Below the pieces are notes generated by a model. The model worked only from the letters and a program-made list of their open reading frames with translations. It made no database searches and was not told the origin of the DNA. Source: Phoronis australis (lineage: Eukaryota; Animalia; Phoronida). Taken from it: a stretch of DNA of 64,000 nucleotides. This document shows, piece after piece, positions 39,491-50,821 of this stretch. The DNA is taken from the NCBI GenBank assembly GCA_002633005.1, contig NMRA01000290.1, positions 126,748 through 190,747 on the forward strand. Reading direction: 5' to 3'. The stretch's first letter is position 1. Every line of letters starts with the position of its first letter. A program made the position numbers and the translations under genes.

Positions 39491-40683
39491 ACAGGCAAGG
39501 TGAGTGTTGTGGACTCCCAGATTTTGCATGCATCCCCACCGCGGTCATTAGCTCTACGTCCTGATGTAACTTTCATGACAAGGTGACGAGCAGAACTTCC
39601 TGGGCTGTATGAAATTTCGAGGTCTACTTAAGCTTAATGCTTGGTTTCTAGCTGTATTTTGACGATAGTCTTCATAGTCATATAGCTGGCTATTTGAAGG
39701 CTATACTCAGTAACTGATCTTTTAAACCACAACAAAATACCAAACCACTGAGTGGTTAATATCAAAGTGGAATGATCATCAATTCAAATGATTAAACCAT
39801 AGATATAAATACGTGTCTCTATATCTATGGTTTTAACAGCGTTTAAGCTGTAAGACAACTCACTTCTCTGTTAGCTCGCAGAACGTCCTTGACCTTTAAA
39901 GATATTCGTATGGATTTTTTCTTAAACACCTAAACCGGAACCCGGAAGAGATCGATGAGTCTGATTTGAGTCAGAGTCTGTGGCAAAAGAAAAGTCTAGG
40001 AGAAGCCGAGAATTTTAGGTCAAAGACAACGTCTGGGTGAGAGTCAACATTCTATGTCTGTTATGAATGTTTGCATATGTTCTGAAGTAAATTGATGTTC
40101 ACGAATATGATGGAGGCCGGAGGCTCGGAGCGTGTTGCTGGCGAAAGCCAACAATTACTGAATTAGTGTAAAAGCTCCATTTTCACTGCTGACCCGACCA
40201 AAAAGACATTGCTGGTATATGCCCTTTTCATGGCCTCTAGACCAATGTGCTGTGCCCCTTGTAATCCAGCCTTCACGGCTTGTAGACAGGCTGTTACAGT
40301 ATTTTGTCAATATTGTCAATGATAGACTCCGGTGACCTAAAGTCGTGAATATAAGGATAAAAAGCAGTTGATTGTCATACTACCCAATGTCCGTTAACAA
40401 CTGCTCATGTGATGTCATGGACATATATCAGTCTTCACAGATATACGTGTTTGTTTGTCTCCGTAAGCAGAGTTTTGAAATGGTCGCTGATATCACCATT
40501 TTGAATGAGGCCCTAAAGTTGTGACCGTTTCGTTTAAACGGAAATGCACCACAAAAATCAACTACAATGCTTACAGTTACTCTAGACGACATAAAAACGC
40601 ATTGCATTGTTTATTTATTCAGTTTCAACTATTATTACAACCTCTTGGTCTGTTTACACCGACCTCTAGTCTAAAGACACTGT

Positions 40684-40725
40684 CACGACGTTTCGGTCGG
40701 TCTCTTCTCCGGCCATTGTCAGGTG
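40684..40725 (-). ncRNA. Putative minimal type-I hammerhead ribozyme (variant or degenerate) in the Penelope 3' repeat
   Basis: Minus strand CAC-CUGACAA-U-GGCCGG-agaagaga-CCGACC-GAAAC-GUC-GUG. Layout matches Penelope-associated hammerheads, but it has A at the conserved G8 position, one mismatch in stem II and a stem I of only 3 bp. Confidence 0.5.
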
Positions 40726-40784
40726 TTCCCGCGTTCTTAGAAGAATGAGCACGGATACGTGGTACACTCATGGTGTGATTTTGT

Positions 40785-40869
40785 ATGCGAGGCAGGATTT
40801 GAACCCACGTCTTCTGAAACTACAGATAATTCGAGTCCAGCACCTTAACCACTACACCACGGAGTCATC
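40785..40869 (-). mobile_element. tRNA-like (Pol III A/B box) segment in the Penelope 3' repeat; second copy at ~41406-41490
   Basis: ccgtggtgtagtggttaagg (A box) ... gtgggttcaaatcctgcc (B box), with a long variable region and no convincing acceptor stem. Confidence 0.7.
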
Positions 40870-41508
40870 CAATTAATTTTATTATACTGTAACGGGGGCG
40901 GTATCTACGACCAAGGCGCCCNGTTACAGTATTTTGTCAATATTGTCAATGATAGACTCCGGTGACCTAAAGTCGTGAATATAAGGATAAAAAGCAGTTG
41001 ATTGTCATACTACCCAATGTCCGTTAACAACTGCTCATGTGATGTCATGGACATATATCAGCCTTCACAGATATACGTGTTTGTTTGTCTCCGTAAGCAG
41101 AGTTTTGAAATGGTCGCTGATATCACCAATAACCATTTTGAATGAGGCCCTAAAGTTGTGACCGTTTTGTTTAAACGGAAATGCACCACAAAAATCAACT
41201 ACAATGCTTACAGTAACTCTAGACGACATAAAAACGCATTGCATTGTTTATTTATTCAGTTTCAACTATTATTACAACCTCTTGGTCTGTTTACACCGAC
41301 CTCTAGTCTAAAGACGGTCGGTCTCTTCTCCGGCCATTGTCAGGTGTTCCCGCGTTCTTAGAAGAATGAGCACGGACACGTGGTACACTCATGGTGTGAT
41401 TTTGTGTGCGAGGCAGGATTTGAACCCACGTCTTCTGAAACTACAGATAATTCGAGTCCAGCACCTTAACCACTACACCACGGAGTCATCCAATTAATTT
41501 TATTATAC

Positions 41509-42130
41509 TTAAACCTTCCTAAGTAGACTGAGCCAGGTGTCACTTGGTTGTTTGCTTGGCTGACTGAAGACATTGCCTTGTACCTTCATGTACATGGCTT
41601 CCTTGATCTTTCTCTTGGTCCAACCTGTTTCACTGTCAAGTATTCGGATGTTATTCCACTGGTTGTTGTGTTGTTTCGACCACATGTGTTCTGCTACTCC
41701 TGATGAGGTATTACCTTCTCTACAACACCTCTTTTGCTCAGCAATTCTTGTCTCCAGTGGTCTTAATGTTTCAGCGATATACGATTCACCACGTTCACAT
41801 GGGATTTCATAGATGACATTTTTCTTTTTTCCCATGTCAGTTCTCGCCGACCCAGTGTGTCTGAGCTGCGGTATACTATTCTTATTTTAAATTCTCTACA
41901 TATGCATCCTAGCTTCTCGGTTATTCTGGGTATATACGGTAAGCACATAGTCTGCAGTGGGCGTTCTTATTCCATTGTGAATCTAATTGTAGGCGCTATG
42001 TTGTTCAGATGGTCAAGGAACTCTGATGGATTTTCTGAGTCTTGGCTGAATATTGTGAATGTGTCATCAACATATCGTTTCCACATCTCCGGGGGTCTGC
42101 TAGCTATGAGTTGTTTGTAAAAAATTCCCA
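41509..42130 (-). mobile_element. 5'-truncated, frameshifted Penelope-like retroelement (RT remnant plus GIY-YIG endonuclease)
   Basis: WKRYVDDTFTIF...FLDHLNNIAPTIRFTME (RT), LPYIPRITEKLGCICREFKIRIVYRS (linker) and NVIYEIPCERGESYIAETLRPLETRIAEQKR...SGVAEH...KRKIKEAMY (GIY-YIG) occur in successive broken frames. Confidence 0.9.
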
Positions 42131-44389
42131 TGTTTGAAAACACTGCTGTCCAAGCTACTTTTTGTGATGACAGTGTACATGTCGAAAGGGGGTACTCAAA
42201 GAACTCTTGCAATCATAAACAAAGATTTCAACATTTTTTTCGTAAGTGGAGTTCAAGTTTACCTCATGAACTGTTATAGGTACCTCTGAGATGAGCAAAA
42301 GTGCACCTTAATACGAATGTCCCATCTCCCATGTTCCCCCGGTTACCCGTGTTCAAAATCTGCGAGCATGCCTTCGGAAATTGCTTATAACATTCCGTTT
42401 TGATCAACAAATCCATTGATTTCTGATTTACTAGTTTATGTATCTACGGAAATCGATAGAGTCATAGATGACCTTTGACAATTAGAAGCTAATCTTGTAA
42501 AAATTGACGATGTTTCAGTGAATTTAGTTGCAGCAGCCTGAAGTTGGAAAAACTCTATAATCCGATCCCCAAATAGTAAAGTACACTTGGACAATGTTTA
42601 CCTATTAAAATAACTGTCAAAGAAATTGATGAAATTTGGAATCATGAACCATAGATCGAAAAAAATTTTAAAAATCATTACATATAAAATTAAACTCATT
42701 GCTTGGATAGGTTGTTTTTGCACTTTCTTGGTGTTTTTAGTTTCCAGTAGTATTGCACAATGAATTATTGTTTTTCAAAACTGAATTTTTTGCTTGCCCT
42801 GATTCCCATGCACGTCATGACTGCTGCACCCACGTTAAAAATAAGATGTAACCATGCGGTAGGCCCGTGCAGAATCTCAGTGATCCACAATCCTGAACTC
42901 CAGGTGTTGAAGTGTGTACATTTTTGGAACACACTCTGATCATTTTCCCCACAAACCAGAAACTGGACTGCTGGTCATGTTTCAACAGGGGATTTTGAAA
43001 CAGCCCTAAAGGCACTATACCAGGGACCTCGATGACCTCACCTTTTCAAAAAGACTTCAAAACAATGATCATAATAAAATAAAATATTACCGAAACTGGA
43101 TCACAATAAAACGAATCTTGACATGAAAGTTAGCATAGACGGATAGGTACAAGGTACGAGCTAAGTTGCCTGTCTCAAGGGAATCATAGTTGACCAGCAA
43201 CTAGCTTTAGTTCATCGGGAATTTCGTATTTTCACACTATTAGATCTCAGCTACAGTTACTTGAAGTAGCTCCCAGCTACCCGTCAGTGCACTGATCCTA
43301 GGCCCATTTTTAGTCTTTGTGTTGGTTCACGGTTAGTCAACTTGATGGCTGCATCCCTGGGATTGCCTCCCACCTAGGGCGGACGTGGGAGGTTCGGTAC
43401 AACAACTATTATGGCACGGGGAGGGGGGGTGATGGTGATGGGGGGGGGTAGTTTGGCGAAGTCTCAATTGTTTGTGCCCCCCAATAATGTTTTGGTTCCT
43501 ACGGGCCTGAAAATACAGCCAAAGTGTCACCAAAATCTTTTTCACTAATTTGTGAAATTGGCACAAATCAAAAGACTAGGGGAAAAATACTTGTTGACTG
43601 TGCTAGTACTTAATTAATTAAATTCCTTTAGGATATTTGGGAACCATATAAACAGTCTTACAGTTGTATTTTGCCTCTTTTGCCTTTCTCTAACAATAAA
43701 AAATTGAATTGTCTGCCATCTTGTACTCTCAAATTTTGACCTAATAATGTCATAGTCCTGAATGCCAGCCAATGAATGCTTTTAAGTTTTTGAGTTCACA
43801 ACAATGCAAATGGCAGAGTGACAGGCGAATAGTGAAACATCAAATGTTCATGTGAATAAGTTCTTTTGAATGGTTTGATTTTCGAGCAGCTATTATTTCT
43901 GCAGATAAATATTCTCGCGCCATCGCAATTTGACATACATAGGTTTAGTATTTGATGTGCAATTCGAGTGTGATAAGTATGATACTAAATTCTACACTTT
44001 CAATATACGGATTCCAACCCTGTTTAAGAATTGGTTTACTGACCAAGAATTGCTGTGTGTTAACTTCACAAAGACCTCAAAATTTTACATCGCCTGGATA
44101 ATTCTGTTCATCACCTCACCGTGAAACTTATCAGCTTATATCAATATATACAGAGAGTTAATGGTCTCCTAGTGACAATTTTGTTTTTTATGTTTTCCTG
44201 CTCAGAGATTAGTACCTAGGACTAGATCATGGCTCTGATCTATTCTCATGATTGGCAATAAAAGTGACATTGAGTAACTTAGCAATGAAGCGTGGCCCCT
44301 CCCTGTAAGGGTGCCACATCATGGTGATTATTTTATTGATTTTTTGTTCTCATCACTTTTTTTATTAACTTTTCTGTACAGAAACCAAG

Positions 44390-47300
44390 ATGGCCGATTA
44401 TGACAACCCTCCACCTTCTTACTCAGAGACCACTCAAGAAAACACCACCCTAGGCTGTTACATGTCTTATGTGAAGAGTATTCCAGGAATTTTAAAAATC
44501 TTGGAGATGGTAAGTTCATTGTCTATGTACTTAATGAACAGAATTCCCCAGCTTTTTTCTATTGTAAGTCTTATAATATTTTTATATTTAAATGAAATAC
44601 TTTACGTGCACTTATAAATGAATGAAGATTCAATTTTAGATAAAAGTTTAAAGACACAAATGATGCTAATTGTTTAACCTCATTCATCTTGGCTTCGTAC
44701 TCTATCGTGTATTTAACTTTGACATCAGAGCCAAGTGTCATACTTAAACTAATCTGAGCATTATCGCCTTAAGATCTTGGGTATCTAATAATTAAGACAG
44801 AGCATCCCTTAATAAATTCCTAAGACATTGGCCAGACTAGAATCCTTAAATTATTTTAGTGTCGTCTGCTGTTCAATAGGTGTCTCTGTAGTCTTCTTTA
44901 TTCAGTTTCACACTTGTGTATATACTGCTTGACATCCCACTGTTACATTTGTGTTGTTCTCTCGCCTATGCCTTCCTAGTGGGCTCTTAGCCTTTCCTAA
45001 GCCAAGAAAAAGTCTTGTAGCAAAACAAAACATTTATGCAGATTTGGTGATATTTCATTCTGGTAGGTTTAGGGCTCAGCAATGTGATTGTTCGTTTAGA
45101 CAGTAGAACGAGCCATTTCACTGGTGTAGCTAAATATCACATTTTTGTATGAGAAAACTTGCTATTTATAAATTGTGTGCTATTTAGCTAGTTACTAAAC
45201 ATATTAAAAGAAGTCAAAAATAACAGGTCAAATATTTGCATATAACTTAAATTAAATTACATAGCGAACTATTTATAACTGTCAAGAGTTTGAAATAAGG
45301 TTGTTGACAGTACTCCATACGCTCTTCTAGTATGTGTCATGGCAATAGTGTGGACATCTTGAATTTTTGTTATTAAAAGTACTTTAGCATAAGGAGTTCC
45401 AAACCTGATGAGTGTCACATTCTACTACGGTAATAGTTCTCATTAGCATGCTGCCATTGTCGTGACACAGTGCTGCCATCTATAGCCGCTGTGTGTCTTT
45501 GCAGGTTTTCAGTCTGCTGATGTTCATATGTGCATCTGCCAACTTTGTCTGGCTTTTGTATTTGCATGCTGCCATTACCATGACACAGTGCTACCATCTT
45601 TATACTATAGCCTCTGTGTGTCTCTGCAGGTTTTCAGCCTGGTGACGTTCATCTGTGCATCTGCCAACTCTGTCTGGATCTTGCCTCAGTATGGGGGTGG
45701 ATTCGTCCAGTTTACTGGCATCACCGCGTTGCTCATCTCCGCAGTATTCTTTCTGTTCCGGGTGACTAATCTGATCAGCAAGCTTCCTGGTCCAATTCCA
45801 TTCATTGTGAGTAAACAATATCGTGTCGCTGCACTTACCTCAGGAAAGCAAGGATTTTAGGATTCAAGCGCCTCATGTTATTGACACGGAAATACGTTTC
45901 ATTGTCACTTTGCGGTTGCTCAACTCTGACGAACTGGCACAGCAAACTCGTGTTGGCATTCATGCCTTATTCCGTTTAACTGCAAAAATAGTATGAATTG
46001 CAGTTAGATCGTGACAGATGATTAAAATTCAAATTTGTGACCAAAATAACATACCAATCAGCGATCGCGCAATGTACTATGATAGCGTACATAATCACTT
46101 GAGAAAGTTGCCAACCAACAAAATCAAATTGAAATATGACAGAAAAAATAATGTTGCCCATAATTTTTTAAATTGGCCTGTAGTTTCAAGTTATGTAGCT
46201 CATACAATTAACCCATCTCTCACTTTTTCTAAAATAAACCCAGCTATTGTAAAAGGATATTTCAAAAATCCTGTTTGATATCTCCAAAAGGTGTGCTGTA
46301 GATGTGAACAACTTGCAACAACCTATTAGATCGCCCAAGTGTTCGAGATATCCCTATGTGTTACAAGAGAAGTATGTGATCACCCTAGATACATTGCCAA
46401 GTCTCTTGCATCTAGAATGCAGCCCCAAGATTCTGTCATCCATTGACCTACTTAATTTGTACAGTTAGTGTCACTTCTATGAGGAGAAAGCGTTATTCAG
46501 CTAAAACACTGTGTCACAAATTGAATGTGATGTGATGTGGTCCCCACAGCTATCCGTGAACGCACATGAAGGCAGTTATATTTTCTTTAGGAAGCGTTAT
46601 AAAACTTTTTCAAAGCTTATGAGGATTAACCATTGTGACAGAGATTTTAAGTGATCTAGTCATTAGTTGTTACTTCTTAAAAATCCCTAAATTTTTCTGG
46701 AGATGAATTGAGATTCTTAATAGGGTAAAGTTAGTTTTTCAAATTTTATGTTATTACTTAGTCAATGAACTGAGTAAATTTTGCTGAATATTGTATTTAA
46801 AGTGACATTATCGACAAAAATAGGTTTTCTGAGATCAGCCCCAACATGGATTTGAATATACAAGCACTACTGTGGTTGTCAAATGTTCTGGCGCTGGAGC
46901 TAAACTCCACATAATTATTAAAGTGTCACGGGTGAGAAACAACATGACCGCCGGTCCTCTAAACAGGACCTCCGGGGATCAAATGGGACCGCCGCACCAG
47001 AAAATGGGACTGACGCACCCAAAAACATGACCGCCCCACCACAAAACAGGACCGCCGGGGACTGAGTAGTTAAGGCCTTTGTGTGATACTGCGGGTTATG
47101 ACGTAACCGGTCAGATAGCTGTGTAAAGACTATCGCCAAAATAAAGCTTGACAGCCTTGCGTTATTGAGCTCCGTTACATCCCCGACATTGCCCACAGCC
47201 CGGGTAGTTCTGCTCGTCACCTCGTCGTGGAACTTACATCAACATGTAGTAGAGCGCGCGACCGATGCAGGCGCATGCAAAATCTAGGCGTCAACCAACA

Positions 47301-50300
47301 CTCACCTTGCAGTTTGCAACCGCTTGAGTGAAAAACAATCTAATGAACTGTTGTAATAATAAGTGACATGTGCACGCGCCATTTCCTCAGAAAAATTTTG
47401 AGACATCTTTCNTGATTAAAATTCAAATTTGTGACCAAAATAACTTACCAATCAGCGATCGCGCAATGTACTATGATAGCATACATAATCAATTGAGAAA
47501 GTTGCCAACCAACAAAATCAAATTGAAATGGGACTGAAAAAATAATGTTGCCCATAATTTTTTAAATTGGCCTGTAGTTTCAAGTTATGTAGATCATACA
47601 ATTAACCCATCCCTCACTTTTTCTAAAATAAACCCAGGTATTGTAAAAGGATATTTCAAAAATCCTGTTTGATATCACCAAAAGTTGTGCTGTAGATGTG
47701 AAAAACTTGCAACAACCTATTAGATCGCCCAAGTGTTTGAGATATCCCTATGTGTTATAAGAGAAGTATGTGATCACCCTAGCTACATAGCCAAGTCTCT
47801 TGCATCTAGAATGCAGCCCCAAGATTCTGTCATCCATTGACCTACTTAATTTGTACAGTTAGTGTCACTTCTAAGAGGAGAAAGCGTTATTCAGCTAAAA
47901 CACTGTGTCACAAATTGAATGTGATGTGATGTGGTCCCCACAGCTATCCATGCACATGAAGGCAGTTATATTTTCTATAGGAAGCGTTCTAAAACTTTTC
48001 TAAAACTTATGAGGATTAACCATTGTGACAGAGATTTTAAGTGATCTAGTCATTAGTTGTTACTTCTTAAAAATCCCTAAATTTTTCTCGAGATGAATTG
48101 AGATTCTTAATAGGGTAAAATTAGTTTTTCAAATTTTATGTTATTACGTAGTCAATGAACTGAGTAAATTTTGCTGAATATTGTATTTAAAGTGACATTA
48201 TCGACAAAAATAGGTTTTCTGAGATCAACCCCTACATGGATTTGAATCTACAAGCTCTACTGTGGTTGTCAAATGTTCTGGCGCTGGAGCTAAACTCCAC
48301 ATAATTAATAAAGTGTTCTTTCTAAGTGTAATTAACTGGTAAAGTCATCTGCCTTGATTTCGGAAAATGTCTGACTGACAGCGGCAAGGATTGACGGTTT
48401 GTAATAAAATCATAAAAGCACAGGATTTTGTTGTTTTATAGCTCTCGTTAAAGCTACTAACTTCTAGAAGTCTATCCCATCCAATGATAATAATAACTTC
48501 AAAAAGTCTATCCCATACAACAACAATAATAACTTCTAAAAGTCTATCTCATCCAACAGGATCACCAAAAATGCGTTTTTCAGCTGTAAAAGTGATAATG
48601 CCCCAGTAACATGACATTTTAGTGTGCAGAAGTTGGAGTGAATCTGTTGTGGCTAGTTTTTATGCTGAGAACTTGATTTATTCTTGGCTGTAGCTGGCTC
48701 TCTTTTTGACGATCTCATTTCTTGTTTTTTTATATATCCTAGAGCTTTTTTATCATGTACATGTGGCGTACTGTTAAAATGTATTTAGGGTGACTTTTGC
48801 ACAATTTTAACATGGTTGTGGCAGTTAGTATAATGAGCATAATATAAAACAAGATGGTGTTCATTCATTTCCTTGATATTTCCAGGAGTTCATAGTCTTC
48901 ATAGTGATTGATGTGTGCTTCCTCATCAGTGGCATCCTGTCAGCAGTTAGAGCTGGCATGGTCTGGTTTGTCTACAAACCAGGTGGCGTCAAAGAAGAGC
49001 ACAGTTCTGCCCCCATTGGCGCAGCTGCGGTGAGTCAGAGGTCATCTATTGCTGGGCTTGATTTGGTGACTTCAGGTTGCCAATTTGACCTCAGATTTTG
49101 TTCTGTGACTTGGTAAAAATCTCAGGTTGCCATGAAGTTGTCATGTCACACCCTAAAATTTATTTCAAAACTACATGAAGTAAATGGACTTCATTGGAAT
49201 CATTTGGTGGAACTGGAAAGGCCTGACTGTGATCATCTGCCTCAGGAAGTGAGCCTGTTTGCAGGATATTGAACCCAAAAGGTGGAAATTGTTAGTCACC
49301 AAGCATGCGAGACACTCCTCGGGTGCTCTGGTGGGCATATGCTGAGTTTACTGGGTTTTTCACTTTTGGTATGTCATTTATTTATGCTGAGTTTACTGGG
49401 TTTTTCACTTTATGTATGTCATTTATTTCATTTTTGCGGGTTTTTGCTATTAATGAGGTTTGACAACCTGGGAATTTTGACTGGTCACATTGAGCGACTT
49501 GATGATATGTCAAGACTGGTATTGAAATATAAAACTCAGTGCAGATCTATGCAGAGTGTGGGGGCAAGTTATCTAAAGGAAAATGAAGTCCCCATGTCTG
49601 TCTTTGGGAGTTCCCATGGGCTGTCATCAAAGGTCTGCCATACTTGGGCAGATCATGACTCTAAAAACTTACTGACTATGGTGTTTGGCATTGAGACATA
49701 AGGCATAGTGAATAGAAAGACAAATTAAAAAATCTGAAATGGATGTTTCCTCTTTTACATTAAACCTGGATGCCCGCCATAAGCCATGTTATTCAACCTG
49801 GATGCCTGCCATAAGCCATGTTATTCAACCTGGTGTCTTGAGCTTTCCATAACATGATAACAAATGGTTTCCATCCCCAAACTGTCCATGGCAGGTAAAG
49901 ACAGTAATCACTTTTCATTTGATTGGCAGACTCATCCAAACTTTACTGCCCTATAAAATCAACTCGTCCAAACTGAACTACTCTATCAATTGAAGCTCAT
50001 AGTAATTCGTTTCATTGGTTGAAACCAACTGCTGTCACAGTAGGGAAATTTTTTGTAAGTTTGTTTGAGTTAATCACCTTATTTTGTGATTTTCATGTTT
50101 TGATGGGAAATAGGAAGGAAATGCTCTTTCAGGTTATGTTTACTGCTGGATTTTTATTTCACCTGATGTTCCCATCTAATTATAAGATTTTTGAGCCCCA
50201 TGCGGTGCCACCTTAGAAAAATATATGGTTTGTTTCATGTTTTCAAGTGGAACCATTTGTTTTGTGTTTTGTTTTTTTAGCCGCGAGTTAGTGTTCCTAA

Positions 50301-50821
50301 TTACCCTCGTTAGAACGAAATGGAGTTCACTGAGAGGATTCATCACCACTAACCAGTCTGAAGTTTGTGATTTTGGCTTGAGGGCTTTGACCTAATCAGC
50401 ACTGAGTGGGTCCTCAACATCTTACTTGACCTAATCAGCACTAAATGGGTCCTCAACGTCTTACTTGTCGTAATGGAATTCATGACCAAACACTTGCTAT
50501 CTTCCTTTGGTGCTGAGATAAAACTTTGTTTGAAATTCCAATGTCAATCGTGCTATTGTGTTCTGGTCATTACAGGGTATTTTAATATCGATCAAACTTG
50601 ATGTGATCATACCTTGCTTGATGCTGTGAAGGTGATTTACCTGTTGGTCAGTAAAGCCTCGTTTTTCCTTTCAGTTTTTCTCCTTTCTCTGCCTGTTCAT
50701 TTACGTTGCCTCTACATTCTTCGCCTTCAAGCAGTGGCGCAGTGGAAGTGTGTCCAGACCGCCTCCAAGACAAGAACCCAGTGAGCCAGCACCATCTGGG
50801 GACGACTTTGAGAAGTACTAG
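44390..50821 (+). CDS. MARVEL-domain tetraspan membrane protein (plasmolipin/CMTM/MAL-like), 4 coding exons, 195 aa
   Basis: Exons 44390-44509 (MADYDNPPPSY...YVKSIPGILKILEM), 45630-45806 (VFSLVTFICAS...GGGFVQF), 48886-49029 (EFIVFIVIDVCFLISG...IGAAA) and 50675-50821 (FFSFLCLFIYVASTFFAFKQWR...FEKY*). All introns are phase 0, total 588 nt, with four hydrophobic segments and a MARVEL-type S..GILKILE start. Confidence 0.9.
45446..45677 (+). repeat. ~120-bp diverged tandem duplication of the acceptor and start of MARVEL coding exon 2
   Basis: gcatgctgccatt...tgtgtgtct.tgcAG|gttttcag.ctg.tga.gttcat.tgtgcatctgccaact.tgtctgg occurs twice; AG acceptors end at 45504 and 45629. Confidence 0.88.
46019..48316. 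repeat. ~900-bp near-identical direct duplication (46019-46926 and 47413-48316) with an N at 47412
   Basis: The copies differ by scattered SNPs; copy 2 starts immediately after the N. Confidence 0.9.
47116..47405 (-). repeat. Third diverged copy of the BECN1 5' exon/donor/promoter segment
   Basis: Colinear with 38742-39085: aagact.tcg.caaaata, gggtag.tctgctcgtcacc, tgcaaaatct.gg, actcaccttgc, agtgaaaaacaat and gcgccat.tcct.a.aaaaatttt. Confidence 0.8.

Larger units (their letters stand above)
38730..39692. repeat. Diverged ~200-bp inverted repeat pair (38730-38937 and 39489-39692) flanking the promoter
   Basis: Colinear shared blocks: tatgaagact(g/a)tcgtcaaaatacagctag, tctgctcgtcacc, tgcaaaatctggga and actcaccttgcc.gtta. 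Confidence 0.85.
40293..41509. repeat. ~590-bp near-identical direct duplication (40293-40888 and 40923-41509) around the N at 40922
   Basis: The copies differ by a few SNPs and indels and are separated by ~33 unique bases and a single N. Confidence 0.9.

Noticed and set aside
40785-40869. Functional tRNA gene (also at ~35170-35240, ~53340-53410, ~60100-60172 and ~61644-61708)
   Set aside because: A and B boxes are present but there is no consistent cloverleaf, and most are attached to a repeat body, so they are treated as SINE-like or repeat-derived.
40521-41361. Paired 75-aa and 67-aa ORFs as a duplicated small gene
   Set aside because: They are antisense read-throughs of the duplicated Penelope 3' block.
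49282-49701. 139-aa ORF nested in a MARVEL intron
   Set aside because: Non-ATG start, built partly from a ~44-bp tandem duplication, and no domain-like features.
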